From Bdellovibrionales bacterium (GTDB taxonomy: Bacteria; Bdellovibrionota; Bdellovibrionia; Bdellovibrionales; UBA1609): a stretch of 64,000 bases of DNA. Below the pieces are notes generated by a model. It had not been told where the DNA came from, did no database searches, and saw only the letters and a list, made by a program, of their open reading frames with translations. Made by a program: the position numbers and the translations under genes. The stretch is from positions 1,632,001 to 1,696,000 of the forward strand of contig OZ241456.1 of NCBI GenBank assembly GCA_965200875.1. The letters run 5' to 3'. This document shows, piece after piece, positions 1 to 10,947 of the stretch (position 1 is its first letter; each line of letters opens with the position of its first letter).

Positions 1-307
1 GGGTCGGTTTCTTACCCTCTTCAGGAGCTTTAGATTCCTGCTTTGTATATTCATCCATCACACTTTCATCTTTTTTAGAACTGAGGGCCGCCAGATAAAT
101 GGAAGTGAAGGCAAAAATAATGGCTGTCCATTTTGTCACATTGACTAAAAACTGATTGCCTCCTGTATTGCCAAAAAGACTTTTGGAACCTCCGCCTCCA
201 AGCATTCCCAAGGCACCACCATCTCCTCCTTTAGGATCCTGGAGCAGGATAAATAACACCATAATAACGGAAACAATAATATGCACTATAGCCAAAAATG
301 TAAACAT
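1..307 (-). CDS. secG: Preprotein translocase subunit SecG (3' end runs off the window)
   Basis: Manual translation MFTFLAIVHIIVSVIMVLFILLQDPKGGDGGALGMLGGGGSKSLFG...; two TM helices with the ILLQxxKG motif and a Gly-rich loop. Confidence 0.9.
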   Translation of the reverse strand, partial: MFTFLAIVHIIVSVIMVLFILLQDPKGGDGGALGMLGGGGSKSLFGNTGGNQFLVNVTKWTAIIFAFTSIYLAALSSKKDESVMDEYTKQESKAPEEGKKPT

Positions 308-437
308 AGTGTGTTTATAGTGTTTTTTTTGAAAAAGTCAATGAATTTGAAAAAAGCAGATAAAATCCCCTGCCACTTTGCGGAGGGTGGTTTCTGGGCA
401 ATACTCATCCCATCCGTTCACCGAGTAAAGTCACAGG

Positions 438-1379
438 TTAGTTTGTAAAGCGACTGGAAAACTCTTTCTTGGCTTTTTTTCTAAGATAAATGCAATCCCC
501 ATAGCGAAAAGCATCGCTTATGTAATCCCATAAACCACCTTCCTGAAAAGGATTAAGAAATCCTATGGTAAGCATTTGAGGAGGAGTATACTCAATATCC
601 TGAACAGATTTTAGATTTTTTATGGCCGGACCTTGCAACTTTATGCTGTCGCCGGTCTTTTCATTTTTTATAATAAGATAGAAAGTGTGCGGATCCTCAG
701 GATTGGTAATTTTTTCCATACCAATATAAATACCATTTGATCCTTTGTACTCGTTTCGCCTGATTGCCTGTGATTCCCCACAAGATGACACACAAACAGC
801 TTGTGCTTCTGTTTGAGAATCTTCGTTTTCCGGTTCTATAAAGTTTTCCCAGTTCAGTGTGCCTTTGGACAGAGTGTATTTGTTGTTTGTGGGATAGCCA
901 CTTCCTTGATAGGAATAAAAAAATGTTTGTGAAAAATTACCTGTAACCGTCTCCCCTGTTCTCGTGTTTTTTAGTTGCAAAGCCAGGGAAAAAGCATCAT
1001 CTCCCCATTCGTCAAGGGATTCAATTCGCAGTTTTTGCAAATCCACATTTATCCCACTGGGAATGCCTTCAGGATTGTCTTTGGAATTGCTTTGGATCCA
1101 ACCCATCCAGCCAACGGAAACTTCCACCAAAACGAGAGCTTTATATGTTCTGCTTGCATCCATTTTTTCAAAAAGAGCGTAAGCTCGTTTATCCCGGTTG
1201 TTGTGATGATCTAATTCGGAACAACGATGATTAAAATGCAAATTATTGTTTGTATCAGCTAAGGTAAAACCTTTTAAAATAGAACAGGTGTTGGGGTTTA
1301 GATCTCTACAACCTCCAGCATGGCAAATAGAAGAGACAAATAAAAACATAAAAACCAAGAATATTTTTATCATATACAT
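438..1379 (-). CDS. Hypothetical secreted protein
   Basis: 313-aa ORF with a signal-peptide-like N-terminus and several Cys; no family recognised. Confidence 0.65.
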   Translation of the reverse strand: MYMIKIFLVFMFLFVSSICHAGGCRDLNPNTCSILKGFTLADTNNNLHFNHRCSELDHHNNRDKRAYALFEKMDASRTYKALVLVEVSVGWMGWIQSNSKDNPEGIPSGINVDLQKLRIESLDEWGDDAFSLALQLKNTRTGETVTGNFSQTFFYSYQGSGYPTNNKYTLSKGTLNWENFIEPENEDSQTEAQAVCVSSCGESQAIRRNEYKGSNGIYIGMEKITNPEDPHTFYLIIKNEKTGDSIKLQGPAIKNLKSVQDIEYTPPQMLTIGFLNPFQEGGLWDYISDAFRYGDCIYLRKKAKKEFSSRFTN

Positions 1380-1493
1380 TCTTTATTATATGCCAATAAT
1401 ATCAAAAACAGAATATTTTTTATGACAGACTTGATTTTTTTTCGTAAAAATAGATAAAAACTGTAAAAATACAGGAAATAAAGGAACAAAAAT

Positions 1494-2858
1494 ATGAATA
1501 CTTTAATGGAACCTTTTAAAATCAAGTCGGTTGAACCTATCCAAATCAATACCCGTGAACAGAGAAAAAAAGTACTGGAAAAAGCACATTTGAATTTGTT
1601 TCTGATTCCCGCAAGAGAGGTGATTATTGATCTCTTAACGGATTCCGGTACAGGGGCCATGAGTGCGGTTCAGTGGTCATCTCTTTTAAAGGGAGATGAA
1701 TCTTATTCCGGGAGCGAAAGTTTTTTTCGCTTTCAAAAATCCATTCAAAATATTACAGATATGCCTTATGTCATTCCAACTCATCAAGGTCGTTCAGCGG
1801 AAAGAATTTTGTTGAAAAATTTAAAATCCAGAGGAGAATATGTAGTTTCCAATACACTTTTTGATACCACTCGTGCCAACGCGGAACTTCTGAGTTTTAA
1901 AATTTTGGATCTTCCCTGTAAGGAATCTTACGAAACACAAAGCCACTTCAATTTTAAAGGAAACATAGATTTACTGGCTTTAGAGCAAGCTCTTTTTGAA
2001 AAATCTGTCGCCTGTGTTGTATTGACCATTACCAATAACTCCGGTGGTGGCCAACCTGTTTCAATGGAAAACATACAGCAAGCGTCTGCCTTATGTAAAA
2101 AACATAATGTGTCCTTTGTTTTGGATGCTTGTCGTTTTGCTGAAAATGCTTGGTTTATCAAGCAAAGGGAAGAGCGGTATAAGGACAAATCCCCTTCGGA
2201 AATTGCAAAAGAGGCTTTTGCTTTAGCGAATATGTGCTTTGTGTCCGCCAAGAAAGATGGATTGGCTAATATCGGCGGATTTATTTGTCTGAGAGATAGG
2301 AAAATAACGGAAGAATGTAAAAAAGATGTAATTATTTCAGAAGGTTTTCCCACTTACGGAGGACTGGCCGGAAGAGATCTGGAAGCCATAGCTATTGGTC
2401 TTAAGGAGGCTTTGGAGGAATCTTATCTGCACTATCGCATTTCCTCTGTGGAATACCTGCATAAAAAACTGGAACAGGCAGGGCTTCCTTTGGTTCAACC
2501 ATCAGGCGGTCACGCAGTTTATATTGATGTGAAAAAAGCTTTACCTCATATTCCAGCTTCAGCTTATCCCGCGCAGTGTTTTGCCTCCGGGTTTTACGAA
2601 TTTTCCGGTGTTCGCTCTTGTGAAATCGGTTCTGTTATGTTTGGCAGGACAGGGAAAGCCGGACAGGAAATTCCCCACAGCCAAGAGTTGGTTCGTTTAG
2701 CCATCCCCAGACGGGTTTATACTTTTTCCCATTTGGATTATGTGTCTCAGTCTGCGGAAAAATTTATGAAGGAGTCAGCCTCTTCTTTAAAGGGAGTAAA
2801 AATAACCCACTCTGCGAAAGTGTTAAGACATTTCAGCGCGCACTTCAAATGGCTTTGA
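1494..2858 (+). CDS. tnaA: Tryptophanase (beta-eliminating lyase family)
   Basis: EPFKIKSVE, DLLTDSGT and PTHQGR motifs; PLP lysine in SAKKDG; C-terminal LRHF favours tryptophanase over tyrosine phenol-lyase (LRFF). Confidence 0.85.
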   Translation: MNTLMEPFKIKSVEPIQINTREQRKKVLEKAHLNLFLIPAREVIIDLLTDSGTGAMSAVQWSSLLKGDESYSGSESFFRFQKSIQNITDMPYVIPTHQGRSAERILLKNLKSRGEYVVSNTLFDTTRANAELLSFKILDLPCKESYETQSHFNFKGNIDLLALEQALFEKSVACVVLTITNNSGGGQPVSMENIQQASALCKKHNVSFVLDACRFAENAWFIKQREERYKDKSPSEIAKEAFALANMCFVSAKKDGLANIGGFICLRDRKITEECKKDVIISEGFPTYGGLAGRDLEAIAIGLKEALEESYLHYRISSVEYLHKKLEQAGLPLVQPSGGHAVYIDVKKALPHIPASAYPAQCFASGFYEFSGVRSCEIGSVMFGRTGKAGQEIPHSQELVRLAIPRRVYTFSHLDYVSQSAEKFMKESASSLKGVKITHSAKVLRHFSAHFKWL

Positions 2859-2963
2859 AATATGTAAATCACGGGAAATTTTTAGCTCATTTCAAAGATG
2901 AATAGCCAGAGTTTGTTCGGGTTTGACCTGGAAAAAAAGACCAATATTTACAAGCCTTTTATC

Positions 2964-4488
<1,525 letters not shown>

Positions 4489-4653
4489 AATCAAAAATGG
4501 AAAAATTTTTCGATTCTTTAATAAAAAGATCTTATCAATTCCAAAAACTGACAAGTAATAGTAATTTCAGAAACTCATTGAAAAGGCATAACCTCTTCTT
4601 AAGCCCCCGAAACAAGACTTAACTGACTATTCATTTTTCAAAGAGCGAAAATC

Positions 4654-4681
4654 AGTATAATTGTTTTTTTAGTCTGGTCAA
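4654..4681 (-). promoter_or_regulatory. Probable rRNA promoter
   Basis: Minus strand TTGACC-N16-TATACT followed by a boxA-like GCTCTTTGAAAA (about 4635-4647). Confidence 0.65.
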
Positions 4682-4979
4682 TAGCTGTTTTTGCTTTTTT
4701 ATGAATTATTAGTGGTTCTGCTCATACATCTGCTCATACAGAAGAACAAAACATTCACCGCTAAATTTGCTTTAAAAGGCTTAAAGTATGAAAAAATTTC
4801 ATTAGTATCAAACCCGGAAACTTATGTAAACTATTAGAATTATAAAGGTTATTTCAAGTGTGTCAGAATGATACATTTTAAGACTTGATTCCATTTTAGT
4901 TGTTTGGTATAAGTTTATCTAAAGGTTAGATATTAATTTTCATTATATTTCATTTTTCACTAGTATACAGGAGGATTTT

Positions 4980-5486
4980 ATGGGATTTAAGGTTGGGGAT
5001 AAGGCTGTTTATCCAGGTCATGGTTTGGGACGTATTACAGCCATTGAAACAAAAGAAATTTCCGGGGCACGGCAGAAGTTTTACTCCATATTGCTTTCCA
5101 GTTCAGATATGAAAATTATGGTTCCAGAAAACCGAATGAAAGCAGTGGGTTTGCGTTCGATTATTACTCGTCAGACAGCAGAGGCTGTACTGGATATTAT
5201 ACAGGATCGTGAAACCAATTATTCTCTTGTGGAAATAGGAAAAAACTGGAGCAAGAGGTACCATGAATACATGAAAATCGTTAAAACTGGCAATACCATC
5301 AAAACCGCTCAAGTATTCAGAGAACTTCTGAATATAGAAGAAAAAAAAGGTTTGAGCTTTTATGAAAGGCAACTCATGCTTACTGTGTGCAAGATGCTTT
5401 TTGATGAAATATCTATGGTGATACCTGTTAGTGAGTTGAAAAAAACTTTTGATTTTTCCAGCACTTTGGAAAATCTGAAACAGTAA
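4980..5486 (+). CDS. carD: CarD/CdnL family RNA polymerase-binding regulator
   Basis: FKVGDKAVYPGHGLGRI, MKIMVP and the NWSKRY Trp motif. Confidence 0.92.
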   Translation: MGFKVGDKAVYPGHGLGRITAIETKEISGARQKFYSILLSSSDMKIMVPENRMKAVGLRSIITRQTAEAVLDIIQDRETNYSLVEIGKNWSKRYHEYMKIVKTGNTIKTAQVFRELLNIEEKKGLSFYERQLMLTVCKMLFDEISMVIPVSELKKTFDFSSTLENLKQ

Positions 5487-5514
5487 TTTTTACCTCATTT
5501 AGGCAGTAAAGCAT

Positions 5515-6399
5515 TTATTTTTTTTTAACAACAAATCCACTTATAGTTAAATAAGTCGCCAAGGTCGGATCAATTTTCGCACCGCGCAAATTCGCTCCGC
5601 GTAACTTCGCACCGCGCAAATTCGCTCCGCGTAACTTCGCACCGCGCAAATTCACATTGCGTAACTTCGCATAGCTCAAATCCGCAAAACCTAACTTCAC
5701 CTCACGCAAATCCGCAGAACTTAACTTCGCACTGCGTAAATCCACCTGACGCAAATTCGCAGAACGCAAATCCACATAACGCAAATCCACCTTGCGCAAG
5801 TACGCACCCTGCAAATCTGCAGAACGCAAATTCTCATCAAACAAAATCGCAAAACGCAAATTCGCTCCCTGCAAATTCGCAGAACGCAAATCCGCACCAT
5901 GAAAAATTGCCTCGCGTAAATTCGCAGAACGCAAATCCGCCTTCTGTAAATTCGCTCCTTGTAAATCCGCACCATGCAAATTCGCAGAACGCAAATCCAC
6001 TTCGCCAGTCAAATCCGCTCCTTGCAAATCCGCAGAGCGTAACTTCGCACCACGCAAATCCGCAGAGTGTAACTTCGCCCTTTGCAAATTCGCGCGTTAT
6101 AAAATCGCAGAACGCAAATCCGCCTTCTGTAAATTCGCATCAAACAACTTCGCTCCTGATAAATTCGCAGAGTGCCAATTCGCGCCACGCAAATCCGCGC
6201 CTGATAAATCCGCATTGGTTAAATTGCAAGAGTGAGCAGACTTCTTTTTTATATATTCTCTATAATTTTTGATATTACATCCGGGAGTACTTGAACCCTT
6301 TGTATCCTTTGAACCCTTTTCATCCATTGAATAAATATTTGTTGTTTTACAGCTTACAAAACTCAAGCTTAAAAATAGTAAAATAAATATAATCTTCAT
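5515..6399 (-). pseudogene. Pentapeptide-repeat lipoprotein interrupted by an in-frame TAA at 6097-6099
   Basis: ORFs 6097..6471 and 5515..6087 share a frame (SAIL*RANLQR); A(D/N)LxX repeats; lipobox FVSC after MKIIF at 6399. Confidence 0.8.
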
Positions 6400-6573
6400 T
6401 CGATATCCTTTTGTTGATTGTTTGAAAAATTTTACCAAAAAAACTAAAAGAAAAATAGCTTTCAAAGGCAATAGTGTAATCTTTTACCTTTTAGAGCTGG
6501 TTTTTTATTAGTGTTTCTTTTAAAATCCTGTTCTTGACCCCCAAAATTTGGCTACCTTCTAAAAGGAGGTAAA

Positions 6574-6960
6574 ATGGATAGATTTTCCAAAAAGGTTTCA
6601 AAAAATCAAAGATTTTTGATACTTTCAGAGCATTTTCAAGGTGGTCTCAGTATTTCCGAATTATCACGGAAGTATCAGATTCAAGCCGCAACTATTTATC
6701 AATGGAGGAGAGAGAAAATGCGCAGAGAAAAGAAAGCAACAGGATTAGACCAAGAGGAATTGCTTTTAGAGATAAATCGTTTAAAGGTGGAGAACTCTCG
6801 TTTAAAGCATACTGTAGCTGATCAAGCATTGGATATCACCACTCTTAAGCAATGGAATGAGTTTATGAAAAAAAAGTGGAGGGAAGAAAAACTGAATTTG
6901 CAAAAGAGTTTATCATCCACTGCTCAGCGATCTGCTGTAAAAAAAGATTTTGTGAGTTAA
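6574..6960 (+). CDS. IS3 transposase OrfA (HTH plus leucine zipper)
   Basis: SISELSRKYQIQAATIYQWRR HTH followed by a coiled coil; AGGAGG RBS. Confidence 0.88.
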   Translation: MDRFSKKVSKNQRFLILSEHFQGGLSISELSRKYQIQAATIYQWRREKMRREKKATGLDQEELLLEINRLKVENSRLKHTVADQALDITTLKQWNEFMKKKWREEKLNLQKSLSSTAQRSAVKKDFVS

Positions 6961-7760
6961 TAGGGATTCATCCAAAGTCTCTTTACAAAGTGAGTGAGAG
7001 GAGAAGTGTTAAGATGAAGATAAAGGATAAAGATAAGCAAATTTTATCAGGGATAAGAGCTGTGATAAAGGATCGTCCCACTTATGGTTACAAGCGTGTA
7101 ACGGCTCTTTACAACAAGGAGAGGGTTTTAAAGGGTTTAAGCAAGTATAATAAGAAGCGTATTTATCGTGTAATGAAAGAAAATGGCCTTTTGTTACCCA
7201 AAGCTGTCAGCAGAAGGGAAGGGCATAAGAGTACAGGAAAAGTGATGACATTGTATTCCAATACGAGGTGGTGTTCTGATTGTTTTGAAATTCATTGTTT
7301 TAATGGAGAGAAGGTGTATGTTTCTTTTGTGTTAGACACATGTGACAGGGAGATTTTAAGCTTTACGGCGTCGTTAAAGCCTCTTTTATCAGAAGACATA
7401 CAGGGTTTGATGATTAGTGCTGTAGAAGGGCGATTTGATGCTTGTCGAACAAATAGAGAGATTGAATTTTTATCGGATCGAGGGAGTATTTACAGAGCGT
7501 ATAATGTGCAGGTATTGGCCCGCCAGCTGGGTTTAAAGCCTTGTTTTACGAGGGCTTACAGTCCAGAGAGTAATGGTATGGCAGAGGCTTTTGTAAAGAC
7601 AATAAAACGAGATTATGTGTATGTGAATGACTGCTCCTGTGCTGAAGACACTATGAAATTATTAAAAGAATGGATATATGATTATAACCATAAAGCTCCC
7701 CATTCAGCACTTGGCATGAAGTCACCTGTGGAGTATATTAAATCAACACAAATGAGGTAG
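6876..7760 (+). CDS. IS3 transposase OrfB (DDE domain; -1 frameshift fusion with OrfA)
   Basis: YGYKRV, RWCSD, LDTCDRE, SDRGS, SNGMAEAFVKTIKRD, PHSALGMKSP. Confidence 0.92.
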   Translation: MEGRKTEFAKEFIIHCSAICCKKRFCELIGIHPKSLYKVSERRSVKMKIKDKDKQILSGIRAVIKDRPTYGYKRVTALYNKERVLKGLSKYNKKRIYRVMKENGLLLPKAVSRREGHKSTGKVMTLYSNTRWCSDCFEIHCFNGEKVYVSFVLDTCDREILSFTASLKPLLSEDIQGLMISAVEGRFDACRTNREIEFLSDRGSIYRAYNVQVLARQLGLKPCFTRAYSPESNGMAEAFVKTIKRDYVYVNDCSCAEDTMKLLKEWIYDYNHKAPHSALGMKSPVEYIKSTQMR

Positions 7761-7817
7761 CCAAAAATAGGGGCCACTCCAATCCGATCAAACAATAAAA
7801 AAAAGAGGAAATAAGTT

Positions 7818-8369
7818 ATGAAAGTTATAATTGCTTTACTGTTGTTTTTAAGCTTAGGTTTTTTAAGCTATGGCAATCAACCCCAGTGTAATATTGAGAA
7901 TTATAAAGACTATATCTATACACCAGGAAATCATCAGTGCAATTTGCTCTATGCGAATTTGCAAGATGCAGATCTGAGAGGGGCGAATTTGTACGAGGCG
8001 AATTTGTACGAGGCGGATTTACAAGGAGCGAATTTGGCCCAGATGAATTTGTTTGCGGGGATTTTTAAAAGGACAGATTTACGAAGGACGGATCTGCGAA
8101 GGGCGATTTTATACGGGGCGAATTTAATCACTGCGAATTTGAGCTTTGCAAATTTTGGCTTTGCGAATTTGAGCTTTGCGGATCTGAGAGACGCGAATTT
8201 GTACGGGGCGATTTTGAGAGATGCGGATCTGAGCGGAGCGGATCTGCGAAGGGCGATTTTGAGCGATGCAGATCTGAGCGAGGCGGATTTTACTAATGCG
8301 AAAGTTGATTCAGTCTTAGCGTCTTATTTAACCTCACAAGGTATAAGTGGTTTTGTTGTTAAAGAATGA
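7818..8369 (+). CDS. Secreted pentapeptide-repeat protein
   Basis: Signal peptide, CNIENYKDYI...HQCNL cap, tandem A(D/N)LxX repeats. Confidence 0.88.
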   Translation: MKVIIALLLFLSLGFLSYGNQPQCNIENYKDYIYTPGNHQCNLLYANLQDADLRGANLYEANLYEADLQGANLAQMNLFAGIFKRTDLRRTDLRRAILYGANLITANLSFANFGFANLSFADLRDANLYGAILRDADLSGADLRRAILSDADLSEADFTNAKVDSVLASYLTSQGISGFVVKE

Positions 8370-8379
8370 CTAATTTATA

Positions 8380-8465
8380 TGGTGGAGAGAGTAGGATTCG
8401 AACCTACGTAGGCATAAGCCAACGGGTTTACAGCCCGCCCCCTTTAACCACTCGGGCACCTCTCC
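8380..8465 (-). tRNA. tRNA-Tyr(GTA)
   Basis: GGAGAGG acceptor, CTGTAAA anticodon loop, long variable arm, GTTCGAATC, encoded CCA. Confidence 0.96.
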
Positions 8466-8477
8466 ATTCATTTTAAA

Positions 8478-8553
8478 TGGAGCTGGGTAAGGGAATCGAA
8501 CCCCCAACCTGCTGATTACAAATCAGCTGCTCTACCAGTTGAGCTAACCCAGC
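8478..8553 (-). tRNA. tRNA-Thr(TGT)
   Basis: 76-nt cloverleaf GCTGGGT...ACCCAGCTCCA, TTTGTAA anticodon loop. Confidence 0.96.
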
Positions 8554-8712
8554 AAAAACCTTCCAATATATTCACCATCGTACATCAAAATTGCTCTGGT
8601 TTTAAGGGTTAAACCCTATTTTTACTGAAAAAACACTCATTCCGTCAATTATAATTGATTCAGGCCAGAAAAACACTGACAAACATAAAATTATTTAATA
8701 CTAAAGCAATAT

Positions 8713-9054
8713 ATGAGTTACGAAACATATAAATTAATCCATTTTTTTTCTATCATATCTCTTTTTTTGTCTCTAGGGGCTTTGCTGGTCTGTTCAGGCA
8801 ACAAAAAGAAAATCATGACTCTACATGGGCTGGCTTTATTGGTTTTGTTAGTCAGTGGTTTTGGTTTGATGGCTCGTCTAAAAATGTTCACTTTTCCTTT
8901 CTGGGTGATTTTGAAGTTGTGTATATGGTTCATCCTAGGAGTATTGATTCCCGTGATGATATCCCGCAAAGTTAATAAAAAATGGAGTTGGTTAATTGTA
9001 TTTGTTGGGGGTTTTGGGGCTGTTTGGTTGGCCGTACTAAAACCTTTTATATAA
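8713..9054 (+). CDS. Small four-TM membrane protein (SirB-like)
   Basis: YKLIH, HG...LVSGFGLM, W..LKL motifs; four hydrophobic segments. Confidence 0.6.
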   Translation: MSYETYKLIHFFSIISLFLSLGALLVCSGNKKKIMTLHGLALLVLLVSGFGLMARLKMFTFPFWVILKLCIWFILGVLIPVMISRKVNKKWSWLIVFVGGFGAVWLAVLKPFI

Positions 9055-9078
9055 AATAGTCAGCTTCACAGAGGTTTT

Positions 9079-9336
9079 TTACTCTGATTGTTCCTTTTCT
9101 TTTAGTTTTTTTAAAATTTTTTTGTAAACTTCTTCCTGCAAAGATTTATAGCTAAAACGCGTCCTGTATTGGGGAAAGCTTTCTTGAACCTGTAATTCCT
9201 CTTTTTCCAAAATCTGCTTTTTTTCTTTGGAGATGATATTTTCTTCTTCTGAATCAACAGCTATACGGGCTGAAATAGCTGTACAAAACACAAAAAAACA
9301 CAGCAAAAAGAAAAATTTACTCATAATTGTTTCCAA
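9079..9336 (-). CDS. Hypothetical secreted protein
   Basis: Signal-peptide-like N-terminus; co-directional downstream of rplX. Confidence 0.55.
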   Translation of the reverse strand: METIMSKFFFLLCFFVFCTAISARIAVDSEEENIISKEKKQILEKEELQVQESFPQYRTRFSYKSLQEEVYKKILKKLKEKEQSE

Positions 9337-9357
9337 TTAAAAACTTTTGGGGTTTAA

Positions 9358-9579
9358 TCAAACCTTTCCCTCGCGTGGAATAAGACGAATATTGGAATAG
9401 GCAACCCATCCTTCTTTTTTTTGTATGCCTTCTTTTTTATCGAAGTGAGTTTGTATTCTGACTCCTTGCAGTCGCACTTTCAATTTATCAGAATCAATCG
9501 CAATAACTTTGGATTTTTTGCCTTTTTCCGAACCAGCAATAACCAGAACAGAATCCCCTTTTTTTATTTTTAATTTCAA
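9358..9579 (-). CDS. rplX: 50S ribosomal protein L24 (short form)
   Basis: KIKKGDSVLVIAGSEKGK KOW motif; KKEGWVAYSNI. Confidence 0.88.
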   Translation of the reverse strand: MKLKIKKGDSVLVIAGSEKGKKSKVIAIDSDKLKVRLQGVRIQTHFDKKEGIQKKEGWVAYSNIRLIPREGKV

Positions 9580-9594
9580 GCTATATTCTCCGGT

Positions 9595-9930
9595 TTAATC
9601 TTTTTTTTGTGTTTCACTATGCGCAGTTTTTTTTCGATCTTTTTCACGGGTTTTATGCAATTTCTTTTCCATGCTTTTACGTAGCTTTAAAGCATGAGGA
9701 GAAAGCTGGTTTTTAGAGCATTTTATCAAAAAATTGTCAATTCCGCCAGATTTGTCTATAGATCTGACAGTGCTGGTCGCTACTTTCAGGCGAAAATTTC
9801 TCTTTAAACAAGGGCTATAAAAAGCTTTAAGCCGTACATTTGGAAAAGCTCTTGATTTTGTTTTAATATTGGAATGACTTACCAAATTCTTAACTACCGG
9901 TTTTTTACCAGTTAACTCACAATGGGGCAT
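9595..9930 (-). CDS. rpmB: 50S ribosomal protein L28
   Basis: CELTGKK...VSHSNIKTK...PN, IDKSGGIDNFL. Confidence 0.93.
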   Translation of the reverse strand: MPHCELTGKKPVVKNLVSHSNIKTKSRAFPNVRLKAFYSPCLKRNFRLKVATSTVRSIDKSGGIDNFLIKCSKNQLSPHALKLRKSMEKKLHKTREKDRKKTAHSETQKKD

Positions 9931-10082
9931 TATAAATACTCCTTATTCAACCTGCTAAAAGAAGCCACACAGTTTTTTACAGGCTATCGATTAGTAATGT
10001 ATCTGATCAAGGTTGATTCGTCAATAAATTGTGGTATAACAGCAAAATTGTGGTATAATAACAAAAATAAGGTATATGAATA

Positions 10083-10343
10083 ATGGAAGACAAATCCTTT
10101 AATAATAAAAAAAAACAACTGAAAATAGACTATAAATCGCCCGGGACTCTGTATCAGTTCATTTCAGAAGGTGGAAAAATCAGTCCAGCACGGATTACTG
10201 GTCTTAAACATTCAGAACAAAGAAAACTTAGAAATGCCGTAAAAAAAGCGCGCAGGCTTTCTCTTATACCTTCTTCAGCAAGAGCTTATGATGATTTTGG
10301 TTTCCCGGAACAAATATCTGCGGTTCCATTTGAAACAAACTGA
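10083..10343 (+). CDS. rpsR: 30S ribosomal protein S18
   Basis: IDYK...FISEGGKISPARITG...QRKLRNAVKKAR. Confidence 0.93.
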   Translation: MEDKSFNNKKKQLKIDYKSPGTLYQFISEGGKISPARITGLKHSEQRKLRNAVKKARRLSLIPSSARAYDDFGFPEQISAVPFETN

Positions 10344-10360
10344 TCAGCCGGCCAGCCTCT

Positions 10361-10942
10361 TTAAAAATTAGCTTTTGTGCAAAACATGATTTTTTTATTG
10401 ATTTGTGAGTGCCATTCATTTAAAAAATCCGACCAGTATTTTTCAGTTATTTTTGTTTTTTGTATGTGTTCCTGTAGGTGAGTAAAAGAACCTGAAGGAG
10501 GATGAGTAAATATATTCATGCCAGCACCGATAATCAGTGTATGTACGGGGCCTTTGTTGACCACTTCTATAAGCAATCCTGCTATTTTTTTATTTTTAAT
10601 ATAAATATCATTTGGTTTTTTGATCGTAAAAGGGCATTCCTCCCAGGAATTTTTAAGGGCTGTATGTAAAGCCTGTCCCATTAAATCCACCGTAACAGGC
10701 TGTGGAGCTTTTTTAAGGGAATAGCTCCAACTTACCATCATATCGCTGTTGATCCATTGACGATTTTTTCTACCACGGCCTTTAGTTTGAAATTCAGCAA
10801 TGAAAAGAAGAGGTGTATATTGTTGGCTGTTTATTGAATGCTCTTTTGCTTTATCATTAGTGCTGGTGGTTTGATGGTAAAACACAAAAGGTAAGTCGGT
10901 TTTTTTTGCCCATTTTTTTGTCCATTGTGCGATGAGTGTCAT
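10361..10942 (-). CDS. birA: Biotin--protein ligase (catalytic domain only)
   Basis: TSTN, QTKGRGRKNRQW, KPNDI, KIAGLLIE. Confidence 0.88.
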   Translation of the reverse strand: MTLIAQWTKKWAKKTDLPFVFYHQTTSTNDKAKEHSINSQQYTPLLFIAEFQTKGRGRKNRQWINSDMMVSWSYSLKKAPQPVTVDLMGQALHTALKNSWEECPFTIKKPNDIYIKNKKIAGLLIEVVNKGPVHTLIIGAGMNIFTHPPSGSFTHLQEHIQKTKITEKYWSDFLNEWHSQINKKIMFCTKANF

Positions 10943-10947
10943 GGATA

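Larger units (their letters stand above)
6529..7781 (+). mobile_element. IS3-family (IS2-group) insertion sequence
   Basis: TG...CA ends; imperfect IRs sharing TTTGGCTACCT; flanking ATCC duplication (6525-6528, 7782-7785); orfA/orfB with an A8G slippery run at 6868-6876. Confidence 0.92.

Noticed and set aside
5721..6272. Alternative-frame ORFs over the pentapeptide genes
   Set aside because: Artefacts of 15-bp periodic sequence lacking stop codons
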